Source: an uncultured Candidatus Saccharimonas sp. | Lineage (GTDB): Bacteria > Patescibacteriota > Saccharimonadia > Saccharimonadales > AWTP1-31 | NCBI GenBank assembly: GCA_943354005.1 | Contig: CALRBE010000003.1 | Location: forward strand, 30,153-94,152 | Reading direction: 5' to 3' | Length of the DNA stretch: 64,000 nucleotides | Shown here: positions 18,993 through 29,100 of the stretch, piece by piece | Position numbering within the stretch: position 1 is the first letter of the stretch | Layout: each line of letters starts with the position of its first letter | Program-made: the position numbers and the translations under genes | Notes under the pieces: model-generated | What the model was told of the DNA's origin: nothing | The model's input: the letters and a program-made list of their open reading frames with translations, nothing else | Databases searched by the model: none

Positions 18993-20102
18993 TTAGACCT
19001 TTAGGCACCTTCTGTACTCATCAGTAGTTCTTTTGCTTATATAATCCCAGTTATGGTGTTTGCTGATATACAATCTGGAATTTTCTGACATCTTTTTAAG
19101 TACATTTTTATTTATACTTAGGTCGAGAATAACTTTTGCTATGACTACTGGATCATCTGATACCGCAAAACCCAATTTGCTTTTTGATATAGCTTCTTTC
19201 ATTGAAGTTCCTTCTGTAGCAATTGTAGGTATACCAAAACTCATAGCTTCTAGCATGCCCATTGGCTGACCTTCACTGCGCGACAACTGAACAAAACAGT
19301 CATGTTTAAGGAGTAATTGTATTTTGTCGTTACCAAAAACCGCTTCTTGAAGCTTAACTATTTTATCTAGTTCATACTTACGTATTGATTCTTGGATTAT
19401 AGATTTATTATTATCAAAGTCTGTGCCTGATATTGAAAATGTGATGTTACAGTCGTTCGTTTTGTTTTTTATAATACGAGCCACTTCTATTAATCTATCT
19501 AGTCCTTTTTGATTAATATCAAGCCTGCCAACATATACTAATTTTAGATCATCATTATTGAAGTTTGACTTTACTTCTTTAGGTAAAGCCATGCCGTTGC
19601 TAGAAACAAACGAGCTAGTGCTCCATTTAGCAGAGCTCTTTTTTTCGAATTCTGATAGATAATGTATGGCTTCTGAGCCTTTAATGAATCTATTAAATAA
19701 CAAAATGTTAGCAACTTGCTTTTTGTGTTTTTTAGAATATTGGGCTACATCAGTAAGAGATGAATGCGGGACTATAATATATGGGATCCCCCTTTTTTTT
19801 AGTTGTTTGCTTATTGTTATAAATACCGGCCAGTATACTTCGTGAAAAACTACAAGACTTGGGCTATTATGTGGTTCGGGTAATTTTGACACATTAGTAC
19901 CAAACCTTTGAATTGTATACACAGGATATTTTTCCTTCGACTCAGACGGGATATATTCATTTATGTTTAAAAGAGCAACATTTGCATACTTTGATTGGCC
20001 CTCTAGGTGCTTTGGCACAACAACACAAACTCCATTAAATTTTTGATCACGAATATTACCAACATGTACTATATTTAATTTTTTGTTATTTGTTTTGGAC
20101 AT
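18993..20102 (-). CDS. glycosyltransferase family 4 (GT-B)
   Basis: SEGQPMGMLEAMSFGIPTIATEG matches the EGFG..LEAMA.G.PVIAT motif. Confidence 0.8.
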   Translation of the reverse strand: MSKTNNKKLNIVHVGNIRDQKFNGVCVVVPKHLEGQSKYANVALLNINEYIPSESKEKYPVYTIQRFGTNVSKLPEPHNSPSLVVFHEVYWPVFITISKQLKKRGIPYIIVPHSSLTDVAQYSKKHKKQVANILLFNRFIKGSEAIHYLSEFEKKSSAKWSTSSFVSSNGMALPKEVKSNFNNDDLKLVYVGRLDINQKGLDRLIEVARIIKNKTNDCNITFSISGTDFDNNKSIIQESIRKYELDKIVKLQEAVFGNDKIQLLLKHDCFVQLSRSEGQPMGMLEAMSFGIPTIATEGTSMKEAISKSKLGFAVSDDPVVIAKVILDLSINKNVLKKMSENSRLYISKHHNWDYISKRTTDEYRRCLKV

Positions 20103-20103
20103 T

Positions 20104-20874
20104 TTACGCCCTCCTTAATATGGCATTAACTAAGTACCATGAAAAATTGTAAGTAGAAGATATGAATCTTAATTTCTCGATATCTCTATATAAATTCCAA
20201 GTTCTCTTTAACGCTGTAAGTTTATTAGCAGACAACGATTCTGCTGTACGACGATAATACGAAAATATCTCATTCAGACCATTAGCATTATCAATTGTCT
20301 TGAGAATCTTCCACCAAGTTGCAGTGTCCTGACCTCTCTTGATTAAAGGCATGTGAATTGTGTCCTTCTCTAATATATGAGTATCTAGCATGACAGTAGA
20401 GGTCCAGATCGTAGTATTCTTTAGTGCTTGTTTATACGTAATTGTTTCTGGCACGTGGACCTTCTTGCCATTTGGTTTACCATTTTCGTCTGCAAACTCA
20501 TATCCAGTAAAAGAGAAGGCTGCATTTTTTTCTTGCATGAATGCAACCTGAAGTTCTAGCTTATTCTTAACCCATAGATCATCTGCATCTAGAAATGCTA
20601 GGTAGCGGCCTTTTGCATTATCGATCCCAGTATTGCGTGCAATCGCCGCACCTGAATTTTCAGACAACATGAAAAACTTGATGCGTTTATCTTTTTTCAG
20701 ATACTTCTGAATAATTAGTACACTATCGTCGGACGAACAATCGTCGACTAGAAGCAGTTCCCAGTTTTGATATGTCTGGTTTTGTACAGTCTGGATAGTA
20801 TCATCCATGAAGCGAGCTGCGTTATATACAGGCACGACAATACTAACAAGAGGTTGTTTGCTTTCTTTTGCCAT
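20104..20874 (-). CDS. glycosyltransferase family 2
   Basis: LVSIVVPVYNAARFMDDTIQTVQNQTYQNWELLLVDDCSSDDS is a GT2 N-terminal signature including the DxD region. Confidence 0.85.
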   Translation of the reverse strand: MAKESKQPLVSIVVPVYNAARFMDDTIQTVQNQTYQNWELLLVDDCSSDDSVLIIQKYLKKDKRIKFFMLSENSGAAIARNTGIDNAKGRYLAFLDADDLWVKNKLELQVAFMQEKNAAFSFTGYEFADENGKPNGKKVHVPETITYKQALKNTTIWTSTVMLDTHILEKDTIHMPLIKRGQDTATWWKILKTIDNANGLNEIFSYYRRTAESLSANKLTALKRTWNLYRDIEKLRFISSTYNFSWYLVNAILRRA

Positions 20875-20878
20875 CCTA

Positions 20879-21490
20879 TTATCCTCGCTGATCCTTCAGG
20901 AGACTTAGTTCAGTATGGATACCGTGCTTCTCAATCTCACGACTACCTTTAGCTACAATTGCTTTGAACGTTAAGAATACTATCTTTGCATCTTCACGAG
21001 GCGAGATACGGTTAACGTATCCAAGATCGTAATCAATCTTTTTATAAATTGAAAGGCTATTTCTGCCATGTACCTGAGCTAGGCCAGTCATACCAGGAAG
21101 TACATCAACGCGGTGGCGTTGTTCTTTAGTCATAAACTCATAGTATTCAGGTATCCAGGGACGTGGTCCTATGAATGACATCTCACCCTTTACGATATTG
21201 ATAAGCTGCGGAATCTCATCCACTGACAGTGCGCGAACATACTTACCGACTGTAGTCAGTTGATTACCTTTAGTAATATCTCGTACATCGTTATTGTGTG
21301 TCATTGTACGAAACTTATAGATCTTAAAGTTCACGCCTCTAATCCCGGTGCGTTCTTGTCGAAACAGTACTGGGCCTTTGCTTGATAACTTGATCAGAAG
21401 GGCAGTGAACAGTGTAAGCGGTAGCGTAAGCACTATGACTGCTACTGCGAGCGTTATATCAAGTGGTCTTTTGACATAACGCTTATACAC
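20879..21490 (-). CDS. undecaprenyl-phosphate sugar phosphotransferase (bacterial sugar transferase, PglC/WcaJ C-terminal type)
   Basis: KRPLDITLAVAVIVLTLPL...GPVLFRQERTGIRGVNFKIYKFRTM is the conserved core of priming hexose-1-phosphate transferases. Confidence 0.85.
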   Translation of the reverse strand: MYKRYVKRPLDITLAVAVIVLTLPLTLFTALLIKLSSKGPVLFRQERTGIRGVNFKIYKFRTMTHNNDVRDITKGNQLTTVGKYVRALSVDEIPQLINIVKGEMSFIGPRPWIPEYYEFMTKEQRHRVDVLPGMTGLAQVHGRNSLSIYKKIDYDLGYVNRISPREDAKIVFLTFKAIVAKGSREIEKHGIHTELSLLKDQRG

Positions 21491-21495
21491 TTTAT

Positions 21496-22359
21496 CTACC
21501 TAGTGTTCTTTTTATCTTTTTCTTGGGTAGGAAGAATCGATTTAGCACGCTTAGATATGTAGCTGCCAAATGAATTAGTCTTCTTAGCCTTCTTGTCTAC
21601 GAAAGTACGGCCTGTAACCCATTTCTTGTCAGCAATGTTATTTGCTGCACGAGTTGTAGCTACAACTTGTGGTGCTGCTGCCTTAACTGTCTTTTTCTTT
21701 GCAGGTGCAGCTTTCTTTGTAGTTTTCTTGACTGGAGTAGCTTTTTTTACTGTCTTTTTCTTTGCAGTCTTCTTTGGTTTAGGGTTGTTTAAGCGGTAAT
21801 CGTAAAGGAAGAATAGACCTATGATAGAACCCATGAATCCAACCATGCTTGCAAGAATAAGTTGTAATCCAGTGCGTACGTTATACGGAGTAGAGCTATA
21901 GCTTGCTGTGTCTACAATCTTAATGTTTTCTTTGTTGTAGAGATTCTTAATTTCAGTTTTAAAAGTACTGATGATACCGTTAGTTACTTTTTCACTATCT
22001 TGAGGACTCTTAGTAGTTACATTAAGCTTAATAACTTGTGTATCTTTACTTGTAGTTGTATCTACAGAACCGGCAAGTGATTCGTAGCTTAGATTAATGT
22101 TATTAGAAGTAATAACATTTTCTAGAACTCTACGAGACTTAATAATTTCACTATAGTTATTGATAAGGGTAGCTGTACTAGCCGCATCTTTTACATCTGT
22201 ATTAATAACAAGAAGTGTTGCAGTACTCTTATACATTGGTACCTGAATGAAGTTGTTATATATAACTCCAGCTGACAGCCCAATGACTGTAGCAATTACT
22301 ATTACAAACCAATTCTTGGCGTAAAATTTTAACAGATGATATAAATTAATTTCTTGCAC
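21496..22359 (-). CDS. Wzz-like chain-length determinant / polysaccharide co-polymerase with lysine-rich C-terminal tail
   Basis: N-terminal TM, periplasmic-type domain and second TM. Then a tail KPKKTAKKKTVKKATPVKKTTKKAAPAKKKTVKAAAP resembling histone-H1 AKP repeats. Confidence 0.55.
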   Translation of the reverse strand: MQEINLYHLLKFYAKNWFVIVIATVIGLSAGVIYNNFIQVPMYKSTATLLVINTDVKDAASTATLINNYSEIIKSRRVLENVITSNNINLSYESLAGSVDTTTSKDTQVIKLNVTTKSPQDSEKVTNGIISTFKTEIKNLYNKENIKIVDTASYSSTPYNVRTGLQLILASMVGFMGSIIGLFFLYDYRLNNPKPKKTAKKKTVKKATPVKKTTKKAAPAKKKTVKAAAPQVVATTRAANNIADKKWVTGRTFVDKKAKKTNSFGSYISKRAKSILPTQEKDKKNTR

Positions 22360-22491
22360 AAATAGATCCTTACTTAAATCTCGACTATTTGTGTATTATA
22401 TTAACACTTATTTGCTTAAATGTAAACTAATCATCATCTTACGTGTTTATGAAATCATCTAAAGCCAAACGCATTATATTTTGATCAACTT

Positions 22492-23223
22492 TTATTGAGT
22501 CTTATTATTCTTGGTGGACTTGTATCTAAGAGTATCAGTACTTATATTTGAATTGATGCAACTCAGTAGAGCACTTTTGATTATTTCTGGCTCAAAATAA
22601 ATACTAGTAGTTTTTTTGAGTTCTCGTTTAAGGATCTTCGTTACATCTTCACAGTACAATAACTTTGCCATATTATTTGGCGAAAGTGCAATTGACCTTT
22701 GCCAATAAAGTTCATGAGCATCTTTCATGACAGATTTTTTGGTAAACAATACTAGTATTTCTGCAAAATCTTTCATCATTTTAGGGCTAGCATCTGTAAA
22801 TTCAATTGTGATCACTTTTTCAGTTCTGATTGGTTTCTCAAACATTACCCTATAAAATTGAAAAGATTTACCATTCGTAAGGATGATCCAGTCAATACCT
22901 TCATTTGTTGCATACGCCAAACTCTGACGCAAATGCCTCTCATTTAAGTCTAATTCGATTGACTTGACTTCAATTACAAATTGCTTTTTTCGTTTTAGCT
23001 GGATTACGTAATCTGCGTATTCTCCCCGTATATTGTACTCAGTCTTTATGTCATCAAGCTCTTTGTATCCTAAAACTTCTGTCAAAAATGAATTAATCAT
23101 TATTCGCGTAGCAGATTCATCTAAGTCACTAAACTGTTTTTTGATATATTTTTTCTTATATAATTTTAGCGCTTCAAGACACTTGTTTGTTTGAGTTAAT
23201 GTAGCCATGCCAATATTCTCCAA
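22492..23223 (-). CDS. HsdR-N-like (PD-(D/E)xK nuclease fold) standalone protein
   Basis: ESATRIMINSFLTEVLGY...GEYADYVI...FVIEVKS follows the type I R-subunit N-terminal nuclease-domain pattern (D...EVK). Confidence 0.5.
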   Translation of the reverse strand: MENIGMATLTQTNKCLEALKLYKKKYIKKQFSDLDESATRIMINSFLTEVLGYKELDDIKTEYNIRGEYADYVIQLKRKKQFVIEVKSIELDLNERHLRQSLAYATNEGIDWIILTNGKSFQFYRVMFEKPIRTEKVITIEFTDASPKMMKDFAEILVLFTKKSVMKDAHELYWQRSIALSPNNMAKLLYCEDVTKILKRELKKTTSIYFEPEIIKSALLSCINSNISTDTLRYKSTKNNKTQ

Positions 23224-23292
23224 TAGGTGTTAGATAATTCTATGGGCAATTATACACCTTATCCGGTATTAAACACTTACAGATCACATAAG

Positions 23293-23511
23293 CTATGAGA
23301 AAGAAGGGAATATTTTTTTGGACGTATTACATATTACTCGTACAGGATTATGGTATAGGCCTGCCTCATATTTTAACTTCTGCTTGATGCGCGTAGGTCG
23401 GGTAACTGCCTGAAATTGGCTTAAGCCGATTGAGCGCTTTGCCTGACGCTTAACCCGTGTGTACCCACTTAAGGTCCGGATAGATGGCTTACGATATCTA
23501 AATAGTTTCAT
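23293..23511 (-). CDS. small highly basic ORF (uncertain)
   Basis: 72 aa, about 25% K/R. No motif recognised. May be non-coding. Confidence 0.2.
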   Translation of the reverse strand: MKLFRYRKPSIRTLSGYTRVKRQAKRSIGLSQFQAVTRPTRIKQKLKYEAGLYHNPVRVICNTSKKIFPSFS

Positions 23512-23573
23512 ATAAGTAATAATACAGCATCTAATAGGATATTAACTTTGAGATTAAATGCTATTATTAAGCT

Positions 23574-24197
23574 ATGAAAATATGCGTCTTTGGTGCTAAT
23601 GGAAAAACAGGTAAACAAGTTGTCGACCAAGCCCTTCAGCAAGGAATATCAGTAGTTGCGTGCGATCTTTCTGACAGCAACATTAAAAGCTCAGATCCAA
23701 AGTTACAATTCATGCAAGGAGATGTGTTAGATCTTGCATACGTAAAACATGCTGTAGAGGGCTGTGACGCCGTTATCAGTGTACTAGGGGTAAAGATAGG
23801 CAATAGTAAACCAATCGTGTCTGAGGGCAACGATACAATAGTGAAGGCCATGAAAGATCTAAAGATAAAACGACTTATAACTCAGTCAGCATTCGGAGCC
23901 AAAGAATCATGGAAGTCACTACCATTTCTATATAAACTTATTCATAAATTAATTTTAGGCCCTGTTGCTAAAGATAAGAATCGTATGGAAGACATTGTTA
24001 GCGCATCTAATTTAGATTGGACTATCATCCGGCCAATCCGTCTCACTAACGGTCAGATGACAGGAAGATACAAAGCTGGCAAACAAGTATCCTTTGGTAT
24101 GAACCCTTACGTTTCAAGAGCTGACGTTGCTGATTTTATCTTGCGCGATATTTCAGACGATGAATATATTAAAAGTGCTGTTACTATTACCCTATAA
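23574..24197 (+). CDS. NAD(P)H-binding oxidoreductase (NmrA/BVR-B-like, SDR fold)
   Basis: MKICVFGANGKTGKQVV Rossmann motif. Size is 207 aa. Confidence 0.75.
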   Translation: MKICVFGANGKTGKQVVDQALQQGISVVACDLSDSNIKSSDPKLQFMQGDVLDLAYVKHAVEGCDAVISVLGVKIGNSKPIVSEGNDTIVKAMKDLKIKRLITQSAFGAKESWKSLPFLYKLIHKLILGPVAKDKNRMEDIVSASNLDWTIIRPIRLTNGQMTGRYKAGKQVSFGMNPYVSRADVADFILRDISDDEYIKSAVTITL

Positions 24198-24325
24198 GGA
24201 GATCAGATGAAAGAAACAAAAGTTGAGAAGGTTGAGAGAGAAATAAAACAAATTGGGCTAGATATTGTAATCGGGCTTATTATATTTTCGCTATTGTTCG
24301 GGTTCGCACTTGGTGTGATCAGTAA

Positions 24326-24727
24326 CTAGACGGTGTAACTAAGAGACTGTGTTTTTGGAATACGTGCAGGCTTTGCTGAAGTTTCTTTTGGTGTTTTATT
24401 GATACTCCGTAGGTCTACCATTGGCATTATTCTATATGATTCCAAAGCTTGGTCACGCTTGGCAATTTCAGTAAATAAGTCCCTAATTTCATCCCATTCA
24501 GCATAGTATTTATCTATGTCTTTGCGCTCTTGCTTGGCTGCAAAGCTAGCAATCATATATGCCGGTACACAGACAACTAAGAATGTTGCGGCTAGGCCCA
24601 TGAACGGAGCTAGTAAAATAATTAGGGAAGTAAGAATCAGATAACATGGCCAAAGACGCAGGTCACTGTATCCGACTTTAGTCGTATCTACCTTTGTTAA
24701 ATTTTGAATTTCTCTGTTGTTACCCAT
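24326..24727 (-). CDS. small membrane protein
   Basis: 133 aa with two adjacent hydrophobic helices. Confidence 0.4.
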   Translation of the reverse strand: MGNNREIQNLTKVDTTKVGYSDLRLWPCYLILTSLIILLAPFMGLAATFLVVCVPAYMIASFAAKQERKDIDKYYAEWDEIRDLFTEIAKRDQALESYRIMPMVDLRSINKTPKETSAKPARIPKTQSLSYTV

Positions 24728-24792
24728 AATGCTTATACTGTATCACAAGAAGCAATAGCGTGATTGGCAAATAGATGATATTACAACACTGA

Positions 24793-25338
24793 TTAATAGT
24801 TCGGTATACTAGCGATTAGCTCTAAGAGCTCCTGAGCTTCGCCCTCAGTAACGTTTTCATAGCGGTTAATTACCCTCGCTTCGTCGCGCGTTAGTTCAAT
24901 AGGATTGGGCAATGCTTCAGCGATCTCTTCTTCCGACATTTCTCCATCGAAAAGCTGATCACATTGAACCGTAACGGTAAATGTACCCCATGGATCTAGA
25001 ACGTAGAGTTTATCGAGATACATTGAGATTTCGTTGATGCCAATTATTACTTCGCCAATTGAAACACAATAATCTCGGCCTTGTCTATCTCCACGACTAT
25101 CGAAACTTTCTTTTGTTCTTATAGATACTTCTCGAAAATCGTCCAAGACACATTCAAAACCGTCTGATCCATCTATACTTATTTCAAGCTCGCCAAATTC
25201 AATCGGGCCTAATAGCTGATCTACATAACCAGAAAAACGGATCTTAGACTCAAGGGACACAGGAGTACCCAGATCCATATCCTGGAAATTGTTTGGAGTG
25301 TTTTCTCCATCTGGAGATTTGTTATAGAAATTAGACAT
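24793..25338 (-). CDS. hypothetical acidic protein
   Basis: 181-aa ORF. No motif recognised. Confidence 0.4.
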   Translation of the reverse strand: MSNFYNKSPDGENTPNNFQDMDLGTPVSLESKIRFSGYVDQLLGPIEFGELEISIDGSDGFECVLDDFREVSIRTKESFDSRGDRQGRDYCVSIGEVIIGINEISMYLDKLYVLDPWGTFTVTVQCDQLFDGEMSEEEIAEALPNPIELTRDEARVINRYENVTEGEAQELLELIASIPNY

Positions 25339-25492
25339 ATATTTACTTAATTAGTCGTTTAAAATAAACGCTGCACACTCATTTAATACGTAATATTATA
25401 TCATAAAAACTATAGCTAGGCAATATTAGAAAAAAAATATACTCTAGCTTATCCAATCACTCGAAGACAATTTAGTTTTTAGTTGTGGGTAT

Positions 25493-26041
25493 CTATTTTT
25501 TACTTTTAGTTTTTTTAACAGATGATTTTTCACCTGAGCCAGTGTAGTAGGATCGAATTTGGAACAAGAAGAATAGACCAATAATTGTACCGATTAGTGT
25601 CCCAACAAGGCTCATGACACTTCCATAGTCAGTAAATGCATTTACAACGCCATAGGCTAGATTAAGTAGTGCTGCGTAAAAAAGTAGGTTCCAACCGCTC
25701 TTTTTCTTTGCTTTTGTACCCGGATACGCTGCGATGTAAAGCACAGCTGTGGCTGCTGAAACAATTAAGCTTACCCAGATGAGCATTGAAAGCCTGTTAG
25801 GAATAGTTTCCTTACCGCCGTAGATTGCTGAGACAGTGTTTACATTATCAATTATACGAGTGGTAGTATTTGCCCAACTCCACAAGCTAAGCGTTGCAAT
25901 CAGCGAGAGGACACCAAGTACTAGGTTAACGATTGGTAAGTATTTTACGATAAACTTTTTAACGTTTTCAGGCAATTGTACAGGAGCATTCTTAGTAAAT
26001 GCTGGTACCAGCTTATCTTCTAATGTTTTTAAAGGGCCCAT
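25493..26041 (-). CDS. hypothetical integral membrane protein with Lys-rich C-terminus
   Basis: Four hydrophobic helices. Ends in SSVKKTKSKK. Confidence 0.45.
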   Translation of the reverse strand: MGPLKTLEDKLVPAFTKNAPVQLPENVKKFIVKYLPIVNLVLGVLSLIATLSLWSWANTTTRIIDNVNTVSAIYGGKETIPNRLSMLIWVSLIVSAATAVLYIAAYPGTKAKKKSGWNLLFYAALLNLAYGVVNAFTDYGSVMSLVGTLIGTIIGLFFLFQIRSYYTGSGEKSSVKKTKSKK

Positions 26042-26150
26042 TTATATTCTCCTTATAATAACTTTTTATAACTTAAGAATATTACTATCTATAGTATTTT
26101 GCAATTACTATTTGTCTGACTAAGGATGACTCGCTACACTAATAATTAAT

Positions 26151-29100
26151 ATGGGGACTTACGAACAATTCTACGCCGAACTAAACGAGCGCCAACGTGA
26201 AGCTGTCGATACTATAGACGGTCCCGTTCTGGTTATTGCTGGCCCGGGAACTGGTAAAACACAGCTGCTCAGCATGAGAGTAGCTAATATACTTAGAAAA
26301 ACCGATACCAGCCCTAACAGTATTCTTTGTTTAACTTTCACCAACAAAGCAGCTGTTAATATGAAGGACCGTTTAATACGACTTACTGGTGGTGAGGCCC
26401 GCGACGTCATGGTCAAAACCTTCCATAGTTTTGCAACTGAACTCATGAACACTCATCCAGACTACTTTTGGAATGGGGCAAAGTTATCAACTGCTCCAGA
26501 CGCTGTTCAAATCGAGATAATTCAATCAATTCTTAGCGCATTGCCCCTAGATAATCCACTGGCTCTTAAGTTCGCCGGAACATTCACTGCCGGCAGAGAT
26601 GTTAAAGAGGCGCTAAAACATGTCAAAGAGGCTGGATTAACACCCGACAAACTACAAGCTATAATTGAAGCCAATATACGCTATATTGATCTCATTGAAG
26701 ATGATTTAGTTTCAATTCTATCGAAACCACTTAGTGCCAAACGGCTGCCAGAAATTCGAGATGCTGTACATGCATTACCTAATCAGGGTGTCAGCGGGAA
26801 GATGCTACCACTTAAAGATCTAGGACTCTTCATGAAAGAGAGTCTTGATTTTGCTATATCGCAGGATGAAGGCACCAACAAGTCTACGAATACCGGCGAA
26901 TGGAAAAAGCGCTTTATCCAAAATGTTGAAAAAGTAAAAGCCATGCACAAAGAGCGTGATCGCAATGCTTGGTGGCTGGCACTCGTTGACGTTTACTCAA
27001 GCTACCGGACGGCACTGCATGAGCGTGGGCACTATGATTATTCGGACATGATCGTAGAAGTTATTACACAGTTACAAAATCATGCTTCGATGCGGGCTGA
27101 TGTTCAAGAGCAGTTTCAATATGTACTAATCGATGAGTTTCAGGATTCTAATGCGGCTCAGCTACAGCTGGCACACCTAATATCTGATCACCATGCCAAT
27201 GAGGGTAGTCCAAACCTTATGGCAGTTGGTGATGATGACCAATCTATCTACAAGTTCAACGGTGCCGAACTAAACAACATGATGTCCTTTGAAACAAGTT
27301 ATCCAACCACTAAACGTATCGTACTTGAAGACAACTACCGCTCTAGCCAAGACGTGCTTGATGCTGCGAGCAAAGTTATTACACTAGCCAACGACCGTCT
27401 TGTGCTTAGAGATAAGACAATGAGCAAAAATCTCAAAGCCCTTAATCCGCCCCTCACAAAAAGTACACTAGTACACCACAGTTATCCGACGCAAGAGCAT
27501 GAACTAAGTGGGGTCGCTCGACTTGTTGCCCAAGAATATCGATCGGGTGTTCATGACATAGCTATCCTAGCTAGAGGACATAGTAGCCTAGAAAGACTCT
27601 CAAGTATTTTATTAAGTCTTAATATTCCGATTCAGTACGAAAGACAGAATAATATTTTAGATAGTCCGGTAATAATACAAATTCACGCAATTACTTCACT
27701 AATCGTAGCAATTCAAGAAGGTGAATCGCGCAAGGTTACAGCGTTACTATCTAAAACACTTCGGGCACCAATGTGGAACCTTGAACCCAAGGTACTATGG
27801 GATCTTGCAGTTGCTAACCAGCGTGGAGCAAGCTGGCTAGATGGCATGCTAAAATCTTCGAGTCCTGAACTAAAAGAAATTGCTAACTGGCTCCTTTGGT
27901 TATCCTCCTTGTCCATGAATGAATCACTGCTCGTAACTACTGAGCACGTCATTGGACTTGCATCTAGCGAACAATACACTAGCCCCGTAAAGGCATACTT
28001 CATGCATAGCGAGTCAAAGGACAGTGATTACATGCAAGGCCTCTCAGCACTCCGTAAACTTCTTGGAATGGTACACGAGTTTTCGCGAACATCCAGCGGC
28101 ACGCTTAAAGATTTTGTAACTTTCATTCAGCTACTAATAGACACGAACGAAGTTGTTGCCGATGAATCTAATTTTGTGAGTGGAGATAATGCCGTACAGC
28201 TAATGACAGTTCATAAATCAAAAGGTCTTGAGTTTGAATCAGTCTATATTGTTGATGCTATTGATAAAAAGTGGCGACCAAAAAACAAAGGTCGTAAAGC
28301 ACCAATTAACGTGCCACTTAAACCAGAAGGCGATGATGGAGATGACTATGTCCGTCTGATGTACGTTGCAGCAACTCGAGCCAAACGTAATGTAATTGCT
28401 GCAAGCTTTAGGGAAGATATTAACGGAGCAGATGAACTAGTATCGCCACTTATTCATGAAGCCCTATCTCTTAAAGTTCATGAGCGGGATGATCTAGAGC
28501 CGGCAATTTCAGTGCTCGAAGAAAACCTTACCTGGCCACACCTTAATGATACGGATGAAAAGCGAATACTAAGAGATGCTCTTGAATCCTACGCAATTAG
28601 CGCTACTGCAGTTCTTGATTTCCTAGACGTCAGCAATGGTGGTCCAGAAAGATTCTTCGAAAGGCACCTACTAAGATTGCCTACTGTAACAACAACTAGT
28701 ATGGCCTTCGGAACTGCGATACACTCAGCCCTTGAGTATGCTCAAATTGCTACCAATACTGATTCGCTTTCATCAAAGAAAGTATTTGCAGCCTACGAAA
28801 AAGCTTTAATAGATCAGCAGCTATCGCCAACCGACGAACAACGATATCTTGAGCATGGAAGGTTATTACTCGATAAGCTATTAACTAGTGAAACGTTTTG
28901 GATAGGGAAGGGTGGAATTCCTGAACAAAAAATGCATGACATAGCCATAGGGCCGGCCCGCCTGAAAGGAACAATCGACCGTATCGATATATCTAAAGAT
29001 CATCTTACAATTGTTGATTACAAAACTGGTCTACCTCTAAATAGCTTTACCACTAACGATAAAGCGAAACAGCTTAAAGCCTGGAGACATCGCACTCAGC

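Noticed and set aside
19060-19269. 69-aa plus-strand ORF inside the GT4 gene, and similar small ORFs inside the flippase, GT and helicase genes (15570-15869, 17509-17850, 26171-26452, 27713-28003)
   Set aside because: All are embedded antisense or out-of-frame in long, motif-supported genes.
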